Source: Octopus bimaculoides
Taxonomy: Eukaryota
NCBI RefSeq assembly: GCF_001194135.2
Contig: NC_068988.1
Span: 81,588,165 to 81,639,375, forward strand
Length of the DNA: 51,211 nucleotides
Direction of reading: 5' to 3'
Under the pieces are notes generated by a model. The model ran no database searches. It was not told the DNA's origin and saw only the letters and a list, made by a program, of their open reading frames with translations. This document shows positions 24,662 through 36,338 of the stretch, piece after piece (positions within the stretch are counted from its first letter, which is position 1; each line of letters begins with the position of its first letter). The translations under genes were made by a program, and so were the position numbers.

Positions 24662-25085
24662 TTTCATCAAATCTCACATTAATCATGCACTACTGTCTTA
24701 AAAAGGAAGAATACATTCTGTTATGTAGTCATCTGGATTTTTACATAAAGGTGGGATGGTCACAGCTGGAATATCTCTAATATCTTGGTCTGTTCCAATC
24801 ATGGTTGATCTGAAGCTAAACAACAACACCAACAACTAAAACTGCCACAACTGCTAATGAGAGAAATACAAGGCAGACCAAACTTTGATGTAATAAAATA
24901 TCTTAAATCAGCACCAACTTCAGAGACTGTATATTATTGATAGCACCATTGTTTCGCCAAAAACTGAGTTTTAGGATTTAATTATTCCACATTCCTGGCA
25001 ATAATCCATATTAATTCTTCTTTTGGTACTCTTTTAGTCTTAGCTTTTTGTTTTTGTTTGTTTTCTTGTTGTTTTCTTCTGCCAG

Positions 25086-25128
25086 AAATATGAAAAATAA
25101 AAGAAAAAGACTGGCCCCAGAAAATATT
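25086..25128 (+). CDS. Candidate 43-nt coding exon (NMKNKRKRLAPENI)
   Basis: Pyrimidine/T-rich tract of more than 40 nt ending ttcttctgccag|, donor |gtaagt; only one of three frames is open. Confidence 0.4.
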
Positions 25129-25348
25129 GTAAGTGAGAGGTGTCAATCGTATGAACCCAGGAACCTTCACTGACTTCATAACAAGAATTAATGGCTAAAA
25201 CGTCTTTGCATTATCATAAATTCTGTGGTTGAGACTAACAGTCTCCACTAGGAATTATTGTTTTCTCTGCCTAAGAGGTTAGAATTATGGTGGAGCTAAA
25301 ATAAAGCAACTAAAAAAGAAAAGGCAACCTAAGAGTGGCAACAAGCAG

Positions 25349-25576
25349 TTAACTCTTTTGTTAAATTTCCTTTGAAATACACTGCTTTCATTTCAATTAA
25401 TTTTGAAAATAATGAAGAATTTACTATAATAACTTTGTCATTATTAAGGTGATGCTTGGATCATAAATTTATATGAAATTTTGAAGAAAGGTTTTAATTT
25501 AGATCACTTGGAAACAAAAAAAAAAAGTTATGACGAACCCAGAGGCAGTTTCAGGTAGGTTGGTATCAAAAGAGTT
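25349..25576. mobile_element. piggyBac-type MITE (decayed)
   Basis: TTAA-ctcttttg...caaaagag-tt termini. Confidence 0.6.
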
Positions 25577-26529
25577 TTCGCTTAACTTTTGTTATTGATT
25601 GCTGGCAGCACGATGGTCTAGATTGGTCCAGCAAATTCTTTATTACAACTGTGACAAGATTTGTGATTGTTCACCAGCAATGGAAAAATTTAGCAATATA
25701 CTAAGACTAACACCTTTAAAATTTAATTAGGATATTTTAAAAGACAGTGTAGACTAACCGTAATCCAGTTCACAAACGACTTACTTTACAAACAATCACA
25801 TTACAATAAGGTTGCTTGTACATAGCAGTATACACTCTACAGGGTTTTAGTAGAAAGAACTTACATTACAAATCTATTGTACATACAGACCGTATCATTG
25901 TTTGTGATAACAAAGGAACATTAATTAACGTTCTTTGATGGGCATCACATTATTGTTTCCACAGAGATCATTAAGTTGTAAGTGAACTAAACACAGGATA
26001 GTATATGTATGTATGTATGTAGATATACATACATACATACACACACACATGCACACACACACATACACACCCACATATATATAAATATATATATAATCAA
26101 AAGAAAGTGAGAAAATGGAAATATAGCATTTAATAAAAATTTATTATCTGCAGAAATCAAACATAATCCCTTACAGCTGTTTCAATTAAGCCTAAAAGAT
26201 TAAATAGCAATCATCAAAGTCATTATATTAGGCAAAATCTCTTCAAAAGGGTAGAAAAAAGATATACCATGAGATTTTTATGTGTTGTATTTTTAGAATC
26301 ATCACAGCAGACTCATGTGTGTTTGCATATATAGATAAACATATATGTATATGTATATATATTTATTTATATACATACACATATACATACATGTATATGT
26401 ATATACATACGCACATACACATATATATGTACACATACATATATACATACACATACACATATATATGTATATGTATATATATTTATTTATATACATACAC
26501 ATACACACACTTATCAATATTCATGTTCA

Positions 26530-26853
26530 TTGTTTCCAGCTTTGCCTTACTGGCACTCGTGCCGGTGGCATGTGAACAAAACATTGGACTGACTCCTGTG
26601 CAGGTGGCACGTAAAAAACACCATTTGAGCGTGGCTATTGCCAGTACCACCAGACTGGCCCTCATGCCAGTGACACGTAAAAAGCACTCACTACACTCTC
26701 AGAGTGGTTGGCATTAGGAAGGGCATCCAGCTGTAGAAACTCTGCCAGATCAGATTGGAGTCTGGTGTAGCCATCTGGTTCGCAAATCCCCACTCAAATC
26801 GTCCAACCCATGCTAGCATGGAAAGCGGACGTTATATGATGATGATGATGATT
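26530..26853 (+). mobile_element. RTE 3' UTR with tandem ~60-nt units and (ATG)n tail
   Basis: Matches 36339-36770(-) and 50985-51211. Confidence 0.85.
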
Positions 26854-28282
26854 GTTGTAACCACTTCCACCTAATTACAGCCAATGGATGGATACAACAT
26901 TGAACACACTATTCCAGGCTTCATGTCTTTTTGATTTGTGATATCAACACTGTATTCTATAATCAACATGGTATAATCTGTGGAACTCATTCTTTGATAA
27001 TTAGCATAAACTACTGTGGTGTTGGCTTTATTATTAATTGTTACAGCATAATCATACATCATACTACTAAAATTAATTTCTGTTTACTGTAGTAATTAGT
27101 TACAATAATGAATACAGTTACGTTGGTATGAAGTTGTCATATAGTATACACATATATGTATACATCGATATGCACTTCAATAGGCACCTGCAATTCATAT
27201 GTATATTATATTTTGAAAGCACATATCCATCCACTGATCCATACATCTTATTCATTCATCCATGCATTGATTCATTAACTTACACAGATAAATGGATAGA
27301 TGAATGCCCCAGATCTAGTCACTTCTCTAAACATGAAAAGTGAAATTTTGGGATGCTACCCTCATAAACACAAATCTGTTTTGGTGACAGTCATGTCCCC
27401 TTTTCAACTTGAGTATGATACACACACAGCCTCTACACTTCATCCATTGTTAATACCAATCCATGTGGAATAACTCCTTCATTTTTCCTTTTCATTTTGC
27501 CTTAGTTTTTCATACCCAAACCCTCACTCCAATTTTTTCCCCAAATTTCATTCCTGCCCCTTGCTACCACAAAGTCAACTTATTGTCCATGCACCTCCAA
27601 CATTAAAAAGGTTATACTCTTCTGATCAGCAAATCTGAAGAGTTGTATAATCACAATATTTAGTATGAAACCAATGGTAACATTCTGACCAGTTACATGA
27701 CATAACCAGTAATATGTTGCTTGGTGACATAAAGAAAAATAGCTGCCTGTCTGTCTGTCTGTCTACCTGCCTGCCTCTCTGTCTATCTAGTTTTTAGCGA
27801 GGGATTATCAATTCCCACAAAATACTTTATAAGCTGTCTGTTAGTCCACCAGACTAACAATATTGTTTAGATTAGTAAAGAACTCTGCATATTCTTGTGG
27901 CAGTGTCTGAAGTTATAGTTCATCACCATTCTGTGTTGTAAATCCATGGTTGCGCTCCAGTTATACTTGTTTTTATTCACACACATGCACACGCGCACAC
28001 ACACACACACACGCACACACACACACACACACATATACACACAGAGTCATTACCGTTGAGGGATTGTTCTAATAAAGTTTCTATCTTCTAATCATTAATG
28101 GGGATAACAAAAGGGGCTGAAGTGATATACTGAAATAACATGGATCTGATAGAGTTTGTGAAAACTGGATCTGTAACATGGCCATGGCCCACTGTAAAGA
28201 TTCAAATGGTTTTTGTGCTAGATCTAAATGTTATCAACATCAGCATCTACAAAAACAATAATAATAGCTACTGTATTACACT

Positions 28283-28746
28283 AAGGTAGTGAGCTGACCG
28301 GATGGGTGGCACACTTGGCAAAATCTTTAGTGGCATTTTGTCTGTCTTTACATTCTGAATTCAAATTTGGCCAAGGTCAGCTTTGCCTTTATCCTTTCAG
28401 GGGTTGATAAAATAAGTACCAGTTAAGTGCTAGGGAGTTTGGGTGGAGGTTGATGTAATTGATTTAACCCCTCTTCCAAGACTACCGGCCTTGTGCTAAA
28501 ATTTGAAACCAGTATTAAATTCTAAAAAGGCAGTGAGCTGACAAAATGATTAGCAGACTGGGCAAAATGCTTAGTGGCATTTTGACCATCTTTACATTCT
28601 GAGTTCAAATTCAGTTGAGGTCGACTTTGCCTTTCATCCTTTTGGAAGTTGATAAAATAATTACCAGTTGTGCGCTGGGGGTAATTGATATAATTGATTT
28701 AACCCTTCCCCCAAATTGCTGGCATAGTGCCAAAGTTTGAAAAACC
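28283..28746 (+). mobile_element. Two head-to-tail SINE family C copies (28283-28510, 28528-28746)
   Basis: Each has head ag(g/t)cagtgagctgac, B box ttcaaatt and tail ccaaaatttgaaacc. Confidence 0.85.
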
Positions 28747-29007
28747 AATATTACACCATGCTACATATATAAAAATGCACTGTACTGCACTACATCGGAT
28801 TACTCCACATAGCGTCTTGATTATTTAAAAGATTATTGATAAATTCTGTAAAATTCATTGTTAAACACTTTACTACCACCACCACCACCACCACCAACAA
28901 CAACAACAATGACTACTGAATTGCTACATTAGCCCAATTAACTTTGTGCAGACCAATTTCATTAATAACAGTGAATTGTGTAAAACTAAAATGAAACAGA
29001 GACTTAC

Positions 29008-29116
29008 TTGCTGGGTTTATAATATACGCAGCTACAATAGTAAGCTGGAACCATACAGTATGCAGAATCAACTGACCAGTCATATTTCTAACACTGCCAT
29101 CATCCTGACTTTGTAC
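29008..29116 (-). CDS. Candidate 109-nt exon (VQSQDDGSVRNMTGQLILHTVWFQLTIVAAYIINPA), product unknown
   Basis: gtgtatttacag|GTACAA...CCAGCAA|gtaagt; only frame 0 is open; unique non-repeat sequence. Confidence 0.5.
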
Positions 29117-29249
29117 CTGTAAATACACAGAATTTCTTTGGTTAAAATCAACAAAAACTCTTTTTACATCACTGTCTCTCCAATGGTCAGTGGATATGTA
29201 AGTACAAACATAAATATACACACATTCAGATGCAACCCCTCCTCTCTCT

Positions 29250-29295
<46 letters not shown>

Positions 29296-29369
29296 NNNNN
29301 NNNNNNNNNNNNNNNNNNNNNNNNNNNNNNNNNNNNNNNNNNNNNNNNNNNNNNNNNNNNNNNNNNNNN

Positions 29370-29497
<128 letters not shown>

Positions 29498-29671
29498 ATG
29501 CTAAAACTTAGTTGTTACGTACAAGTAAGTGTGACTTGGTAGATTATACCACTTTTCACTAATATGTTTAGGTGTCTATTTAGTTGTGAACAAAGACACT
29601 TCTTGGTTCTCTAACCCTTCACCCAACAGTGCATTGAGGATATGACAGCCAAACCTACTTGCCCATGAGCC

Positions 29672-29715
<44 letters not shown>

Positions 29716-29778
29716 AAAATTAGGAAACAAGTTAACATATATATTACACAAAAGCATTCAATACAGAACTACTAATAT

Positions 29779-30001
29779 TTAACCTTTTAGCACTTAAACC
29801 ATATCTGGCCCAAATATTCTACTTGCTTTATGTTCAAACTGCCCAGATCTGGCCTCTCACACTTAACCTACAATGTCATTCAAAATAAATAATCACATCA
29901 TCGAAATCTCAAAGCTACAAGATGATGCATGATTAAATTCAAAACAATGTGAATAAATAAGTATTACATTAGACAAAGGAATCTGAATGCTGAAAGATTA
30001 A
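29779..30001. mobile_element. piggyBac-type MITE
   Basis: TTAA-ccttttagca ... tgctgaaaga-TTAA termini. Confidence 0.65.
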
Positions 30002-30219
30002 TATAATACAGTCAAGAGTTTAAGATCTTGTGTGGCTATGGGCTGTTTCATCAATTCTTATAATATTTCAGTAAAACATTTCTTCCGATCACCTGCTTTC
30101 AGGTATCTTGAATGAGTGTAATATACAACAAATGCTTAATTTCAAAAAAGCAGATTTTAGCCATATGAGATCTTACCTACTGCTACTGACTGCATTATAT
30201 CATCATCGTCGTTTAACTC

Positions 30220-30346
30220 TTTTACTCTTTTATTTGTTTCAGTCTTTTGACTGTGGCCATGCTGGAGCACCGCCTTTTAGTCGAGTAAATCGACCCCAGG
30301 ACTTATTCTTTAGAAGCCTAGTACTTATTCTATCGATCTCTTTTGC
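30220..30346 (-). mobile_element. SINE family A tail (continues into gap)
   Basis: ttgtttcagtcttttgactgtggccatgctggagcaccgcc. Confidence 0.8.
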
Positions 30347-31331
30347 NNNNNNNNNNNNNNNNNNNNNNNNNNNNNNNNNNNNNNNNNNNNNNNNNNNNNN
30401 NNNNNNNNNNNNNNNNNNNNNNNNNNNNNNNNNNNNNNNNNNNNNNNNNNNNNNNNNNNNNNNNNNNNNNNNNNNNNNNNNNNNNNNNNNNNNNNNNNNN
30501 NNNNNNNNNNNNNNNNNNNNNNNNNNNNNNNNNNNNNNNNNNNNNNNNNNNNNNNNNNNNNNNNNNNNNNNNNNNNNNNNNNNNNNNNNNNNNNNNNNNN
30601 NNNNNNNNNNNNNNNNNNNNNNNNNNNNNNNNNNNNNNNNNNNNNNNNNNNNNNNNNNNNNNNNNNNNNNNNNNNNNNNNNNNNNNNNNNNNNNNNNNNN
30701 NNNNNNNNNNNNNNNNNNNNNNNNNNNNNNNNNNNNNNNNNNNNNNNNNNNNNNNNNNNNNNNNNNNNNNNNNNNNNNNNNNNNNNNNNNNNNNNNNNNN
30801 NNNNNNNNNNNNNNNNNNNNNNNNNNNNNNNNNNNNNNNNNNNNNNNNNNNNNNNNNNNNNNNNNNNNNNNNNNNNNNNNNNNNNNNNNNNNNNNNNNNN
30901 NNNNNNNNNNNNNNNNNNNNNNNNNNNNNNNNNNNNNNNNNNNNNNNNNNNNNNNNNNNNNNNNNNNNNNNNNNNNNNNNNNNNNNNNNNNNNNNNNNNN
31001 NNNNNNNNNNNNNNNNNNNNNNNNNNNNNNNNNNNNNNNNNNNNNNNNNNNNNNNNNNNNNNNNNNNNNNNNNNNNNNNNNNNNNNNNNNNNNNNNNNNN
31101 NNNNNNNNNNNNNNNNNNNNNNNNNNNNNNNNNNNNNNNNNNNNNNNNNNNNNNNNNNNNNNNNNNNNNNNNNNNNNNNNNNNNNNNNNNNNNNNNNNNN
31201 NNNNNNNNNNNNNNNNNNNNNNNNNNNNNNNNNNNNNNNNNNNNNNNNNNNNNNNNNNNNNNNNNNNNNNNNNNNNNNNNNNNNNNNNNNNNNNNNNNNN
31301 NNNNNNNNNNNNNNNNNNNNNNNNNNNNNNN

Positions 31332-31378
<47 letters not shown>

Positions 31379-31931
31379 GAAGAAATTAGTTTTCCACAAA
31401 TGGTCAACTGGGGATGTTTAAAGAAGCAGTGAAAGGAAGAGTGGCAATCTGAATTATGTCATTACATATTAAGTTAAAACAAATTTAATTCAATCATTGC
31501 AAACACAATGTTTAAATATTTATAAATGTTCAGTAAATCCATAAATGAAGTAAAATAAAATAAATCTGTCTGAATATATACCCATTTAGATAAAATATAC
31601 GTGTGTGTGTGTGTGTGTGTGTATGGATATGTGTGATATCTATATCTATATCTGTATATCTATATATATATTTATATAGACAAAATGAAACATATAGATC
31701 TATTTTTGTTTTTCTCTTCTGATAGCCATCAAATAAATAATTGAATTTCTGTTTACTTTTCGTAATGATTCCACTACTTTTCTTTTTTTTCGGTAAGAAG
31801 TGTATTTTCAATGATATTAACTTGATACATTATCTGTCTTTAACAATAGAGTTGAATAGAATGAATCCAAAGCCATGAAGTGATGAAGTGAATCCTTAAT
31901 CGCATGACCATATATGCATCTAGGAGGAGGT

Positions 31932-32140
31932 AGTGGGGTGCTGAAAAGTTCCTGGTTTTGGGTAAAAGAAAATACAGGAGGATCAGTTAAGATTTCATTC
32001 AATATATTCCCCTCTTAATTCACATGCTTATTGTCGCAGTCCTTCTGTTTTTCTAAGCCCTGTTAAAGAAATTGGAAGGTTGGGCCTCCAACCAGGCCTT
32101 TTGCGATACTCTTAAAGCCAGGAACTTTTCAGCACCTCTT
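31932..32140. mobile_element. mariner-type MITE, copy 1
   Basis: TIRs ggtgctgaaaagttcctggtttt / aaagccaggaacttttcagcacc. Confidence 0.85.
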
Positions 32141-32319
32141 CATTTATATATTACCCATTCTACACAGCACATTCTTTGGATAACAGAACAGCAACTTTAA
32201 TATCCAACATGCATTTTTATTTTCATTTTTCCCTTATACTTTCTGTATCTTTCTCTTTCCAAAATAACTTCTTATATAATGAACTCTATTAATTCCTTCT
32301 ATTGAAGCTCTCTTAATTC

Positions 32320-32367
32320 GTCTCTGATGATGGGATATCATTTATTTCCCTGAAACAGCTGTAAGAC
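32320..32367 (+). ncRNA. Minimal type I hammerhead ribozyme motif
   Basis: GTCT-CTGATGA-T-GGGA(11 nt)TCCC-T-GAAA-CAGCTG-TA-AGAC; intact core, palindromic stem III, GUA triplet; AATAAA 24 nt downstream. Confidence 0.75.
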
Positions 32368-32461
32368 CACCTTTCTCTTTATAAATGTCCAATAAATATC
32401 ACTTTGCCTTGGCCTTGTTATCTTATTTTATTTAACACACACACACACACACACAATTACA

Positions 32462-32666
32462 TATGAGAGGGTGCTGAAAATTTCCTGGCTTTGGGTTAAA
32501 GAAAATACAGGAGGATCAGTTAAGATTTCATTCAATATATTTCCCTCTTAAATTCATACACTTATTGCAGTGATCCTTCAGTTTTTCTAAGCCCTGTAAA
32601 AAAACTCAGAAGGTTGGGTCTCCAACTAGGCCTTTGACAATAACTTAAAAGCCCCAAAATTTTCAT
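32462..32666. mobile_element. mariner-type MITE, copy 2
   Basis: Direct copy of 31932-32140 starting TA-tgagagggtgctgaaaa; right TIR decayed. Confidence 0.8.
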
Positions 32667-32739
32667 ATAAATCCATCTATCCTTAATTTTACCTGATCTT
32701 TTTTATCCAACTTGAGGGTATGCTCTGACACCACATCAC

Positions 32740-33110
32740 TGCAGTCTCTTTTCTGTCTTTCCAGCTGGGGTAGCCATATGGATCCTTTACAGCAAGATAC
32801 CTGTTCCTGTCACTCTATCATACTTCACTCTCTCATCATCAGGTATAAAGCCAGTTCACTCAATACTGCAACCACACTCAGTTGAGAGGACTCATATTGT
32901 GAGTTACTTGGTGACCTCACTGGTGCTGTTGTCACATAAGACAACACCCTGTAGTAATCTGGTTGGTGCTAGGAAGGGCATCCAGCTGATGAAAAACGTG
33001 TCCATGCAGATATTAGAGCCCAATGCAATCCTCTCATTCACTGGATATTGTTGAACATTCCAACCCATGCCAGCATGGAATACAGACATTAAAAAATGAT
33101 GACGATGATG
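32740..33110 (+). mobile_element. LINE 3' region plus RTE-type tail
   Basis: Similar to 42850-43185; ends caacccatgccagcatgga...aatgatgacgatg. Confidence 0.6.
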
Positions 33111-33346
33111 ATAATGATAATGATAATGATAATAATGATGATATCAATGATGAAGGGGATGATAGTGATGATGATGATTATAAAAAATTATATACACATG
33201 CCACAATTGACAGCCAGAGTCATATTGGACAACTTGCACAGAATATGGTTCAAAACCAACATCTACCTATTTCCCTCTCTCTGTATACACACACACACAC
33301 ACACACACAAATATGGACACACAATATATGTACAATGAAGTATATA

Positions 33347-34260
33347 TATATAAATAAAAAATACACATTAAGTAAAGGCCATCACCAATAAGCGAAAAAT
33401 GCATAAACACATGAGAGATAAGTACAGGACAAAATACCAAAAAATACACAGTAAGAACAGGACATCAACAATGAGTGAAAAGTACATAAACACATAATGA
33501 GAGACACGTACGGGACAGAATACCAAAAGAAGTCTAACTCCTCCTCAGTTGTCGACTATTTATTACTCCCTATTTTGAGCTTTTGATGACAAGATAGGAA
33601 AACTTCATAAGACAGCAGCATCCAGAAATTTTGAAAATATAAAATTTGTGGGGAGTTAGGATGTCAGGAGGTGAGAGAAATGATGTCCAGCTAGGTGGAC
33701 TATCTTTCATTCCTCACTCTTCTCCCTTCTCCTCACTCCCGTGGTTTCTTTCCCTCATCCTCTCTCTTGTCCTCCTTCTCCTCTGCCTGTTTGCTCACAT
33801 GTGACCACAGGTCATTTCTCTCACCTCTGACCCAACATCCACCCAGCTGGACATCATTTCTCTCGTCCCTTGACATTTCTTCTCTTCTACTATTTTCTTC
33901 TCTTCTATCTATTCTATATCTTTTCAATATTTCTCCCAGGCGTTACTCATTACAATGCGTCTTAACATCTCTTAATGTTTGTCTTCATCAACTGTTTACT
34001 CTGTACATCCACTCTGTTGCTGTTTGTTTGTTCGAATCCCTAACTCTCCACAAATCTTATATTTTAAAATTTCTGGATGCTGCTGTCTTATGAAGTTTTC
34101 TTATCTTGTCATCAAAAGCTCAAAATAGGGAGTAATAAATAGTTGACAACTGAGGAGGAGTTAGACTTCTTTTGGTATTTTGTCTTTCATTATGTGTTTA
34201 TGTATTTTTCATTCATTCAAGATGTCCTGTACTTAATGTGTATTTTTGATTTATTTATAA
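33347..34260. repeat. Nested inverted-repeat (foldback) structure
   Basis: Outer core 33515-33661 vs 34037-34183 near-identical; inner arms 33662-33699 vs 33838-33875. Confidence 0.9.
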
Positions 34261-34311
34261 TTGAATGCTACACAGCCTTGTCCACAGTAAGTTCTTACAG
34301 TTATACATACA

Positions 34312-34359
<48 letters not shown>

Positions 34360-34925
34360 CATATATACATACATATATATAAATACATANNNNNNNNNNN
34401 NNNNNNNNNNNNNNNNNNNNNNNNNNNNNNNNNNNNNNNNNNNNNNNNNNNNNNNNNNNNNNNNNNNNNNNNNNNNNNNNNNNNNNNNNNNNNNNNNNNN
34501 NNNNNNNNNNNNNNNNNNNNNNNNNNNNNNNNNNNNNNNNNNNNNNNNNNNNNNNNNNNNNNNNNNNNNNNNNNNNNNNNNNNNNNNNNNNNNNNNNNNN
34601 NNNNNNNNNNNNNNNNNNNNNNNNNNNNNNNNNNNNNNNNNNNNNNNNNNNNNNNNNNNNNNAAAAGAATAAGTGTGGAGAAATTATGCCTAGATAACAA
34701 CAGAATGATAGACGTTTATTCGAATTATGCAATTATATGTATTGCATTTAATTAGTATTTTTTTTAATAATAAAAATTCTAGAAAAGTAATAATTAAATT
34801 AGCATTTTCACAATGAGGTGGAAATTATTTACTTCTCTATATTTGATAATGAATACTTAGAGTCTTAGTCCATGTATGCAGTGCCTATTTTACATACCCA
34901 GAGAATGTCCTTGATTATATATACA

Positions 34926-35116
34926 CAGGCGCAGGCGTGACTGTGTGGTAAGAAGCTTGCTTCCCAACCATAAGGTTTGGGGTTCAGTCCTACCATATGG
35001 CACCTTGAGTAAGTGTCTTTTACTATAGCTTTGAGCCGACCAAAGCTTTGTGAGTGGATTTGGTAGATGGAAACTAAAACAAGCCTGCTGTATATTTATA
35101 TATAGATATATACATA

Positions 35117-35175
<59 letters not shown>

Positions 35176-35375
35176 TTATGTTTGTGCCCTATCACCACTT
35201 AACAACTGGTGTTGGTGTGTTTATGTCCCTGTAACTTAGTGATTCAGCAAAAGAGATGATAGAATAAGTACATGGCTTTAAGAATTAAGTCCTGGAGTTG
35301 ATTCATTCGACAAAAATTTTTTCAAGGCGTTGCCCCAGCATAGCTGGAGTTTAATGACTCAAACAAATAAATGAA
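34926..35375 (+). mobile_element. SINE family A full copy
   Basis: gcgcaggcgtgactgtgtggtaagaagc head through gactcaaacaaataa tail. Confidence 0.9.
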
Positions 35376-35974
35376 TAAAAAATATGTGTGTGTATAAATA
35401 AATATATGGGTACACACACACACCACCNNNNNNNNNNNNNNNNNNNNNNNNNNNNNNNNNNNNNNNNNNNNNNNNNNNNNNNNNNNNNNNNNNNNNNNNN
35501 NNNNNNNNNNNNNNNNNNNNNNNNNNNNNNNNNNNNNNNNNNNNNNNNNNNNNNNNNNNNNNNNNNNNNNNNNNNNNNNNNNNNNNNNNNNNNNNNNNNN
35601 NNNNNNNNNNNNNNNNNNNNNNNNNNNNNNNNNNNNNNNNNNNNNNNNNNNNNNNNNNNNNNNNNNNNNNNNNNNNNNNNNNNNNNNNNNNNNNNNNNNN
35701 NNNNNNNNNNNNNNNNNNNNNNNNNNNNNNNNNNNNNNNNNNNNNNNNNNNNNNNNNNNNNNNNNNNNNNNNNNNNNNNNNNNNNNNNNNNNNNNNNNNN
35801 NNNNNNNNNNNNNNNNNNNNNNNNNNNNNNNNNNNNNNNNNNNNNNNNNNNNNNNNNNNNNNNNNNNNNNNNNNNNNNNNNNNNNNNNNNNNNNNNNNNN
35901 NNNNNNNNNNNNNNNNNNNNNNNNNNNNNNNNTGTATTTTGTGAAAAGTCTATTTTAGAAGTCTCTTTGTAAAG

Positions 35975-36190
35975 CAACGGTTGTAAAGAAATGCTACCAT
36001 CATACAAATGATGGTGTTCATTTCTAGACTTTCGTGAAAAGCATGTCTGATCACAGAGAAATATCACTTTGCTTGGAAAGAGGTGAGGGTTGGCAAAAGG
36101 AAGGGTATCCAGTTGCAGAAAAATTTGCTTCATCATATTATGTCTGACACAGGTAAGCATGAAAAAGTAGTCATTAAAATAATGGTAAAG
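35975..36190 (+). mobile_element. Family B repeat
   Basis: gcttggaaagaggtgagggttggcaaaaggaagggtatccag. Confidence 0.7.
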
Positions 36191-36338
36191 ATTATACATC
36201 TACATATCTACATGCGTGTGTGTATATGCACAGACATGTATATATATATAATATACATACAATAGATAGTAAATTTTGTCAATGAAATATTCCAGTTTTT
36301 CAACCTAGTGAGTTTTCTGCCCCTTTGGCTTATAATGT

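Noticed and set aside
24700-24810. Minus-strand exon candidate (STMIGTDQDIRDIPAVTIPPLC)
   Set aside because: The acceptor is plausible but there is no good donor, and the phase is incompatible with the 29008 exon
27624-27690. Hammerhead-like CTGAAGA...GAAACCAATGGTA
   Set aside because: Stem I does not pair next to the core, and stem II is separated from GAAA by 9 unpaired nt
29008-29116. Cadherin/protocadherin assignment from QDDGS
   Set aside because: Only a weak echo of the AxDxG motif; no DxNDN or LDRE motif, so the product is left unassigned
34149-34175. CTGAGGA-GGAG..CTTC as a hammerhead; also CTGATGA/CTGAAGA at 47183 and 47708
   Set aside because: No GAAA or stem III follows
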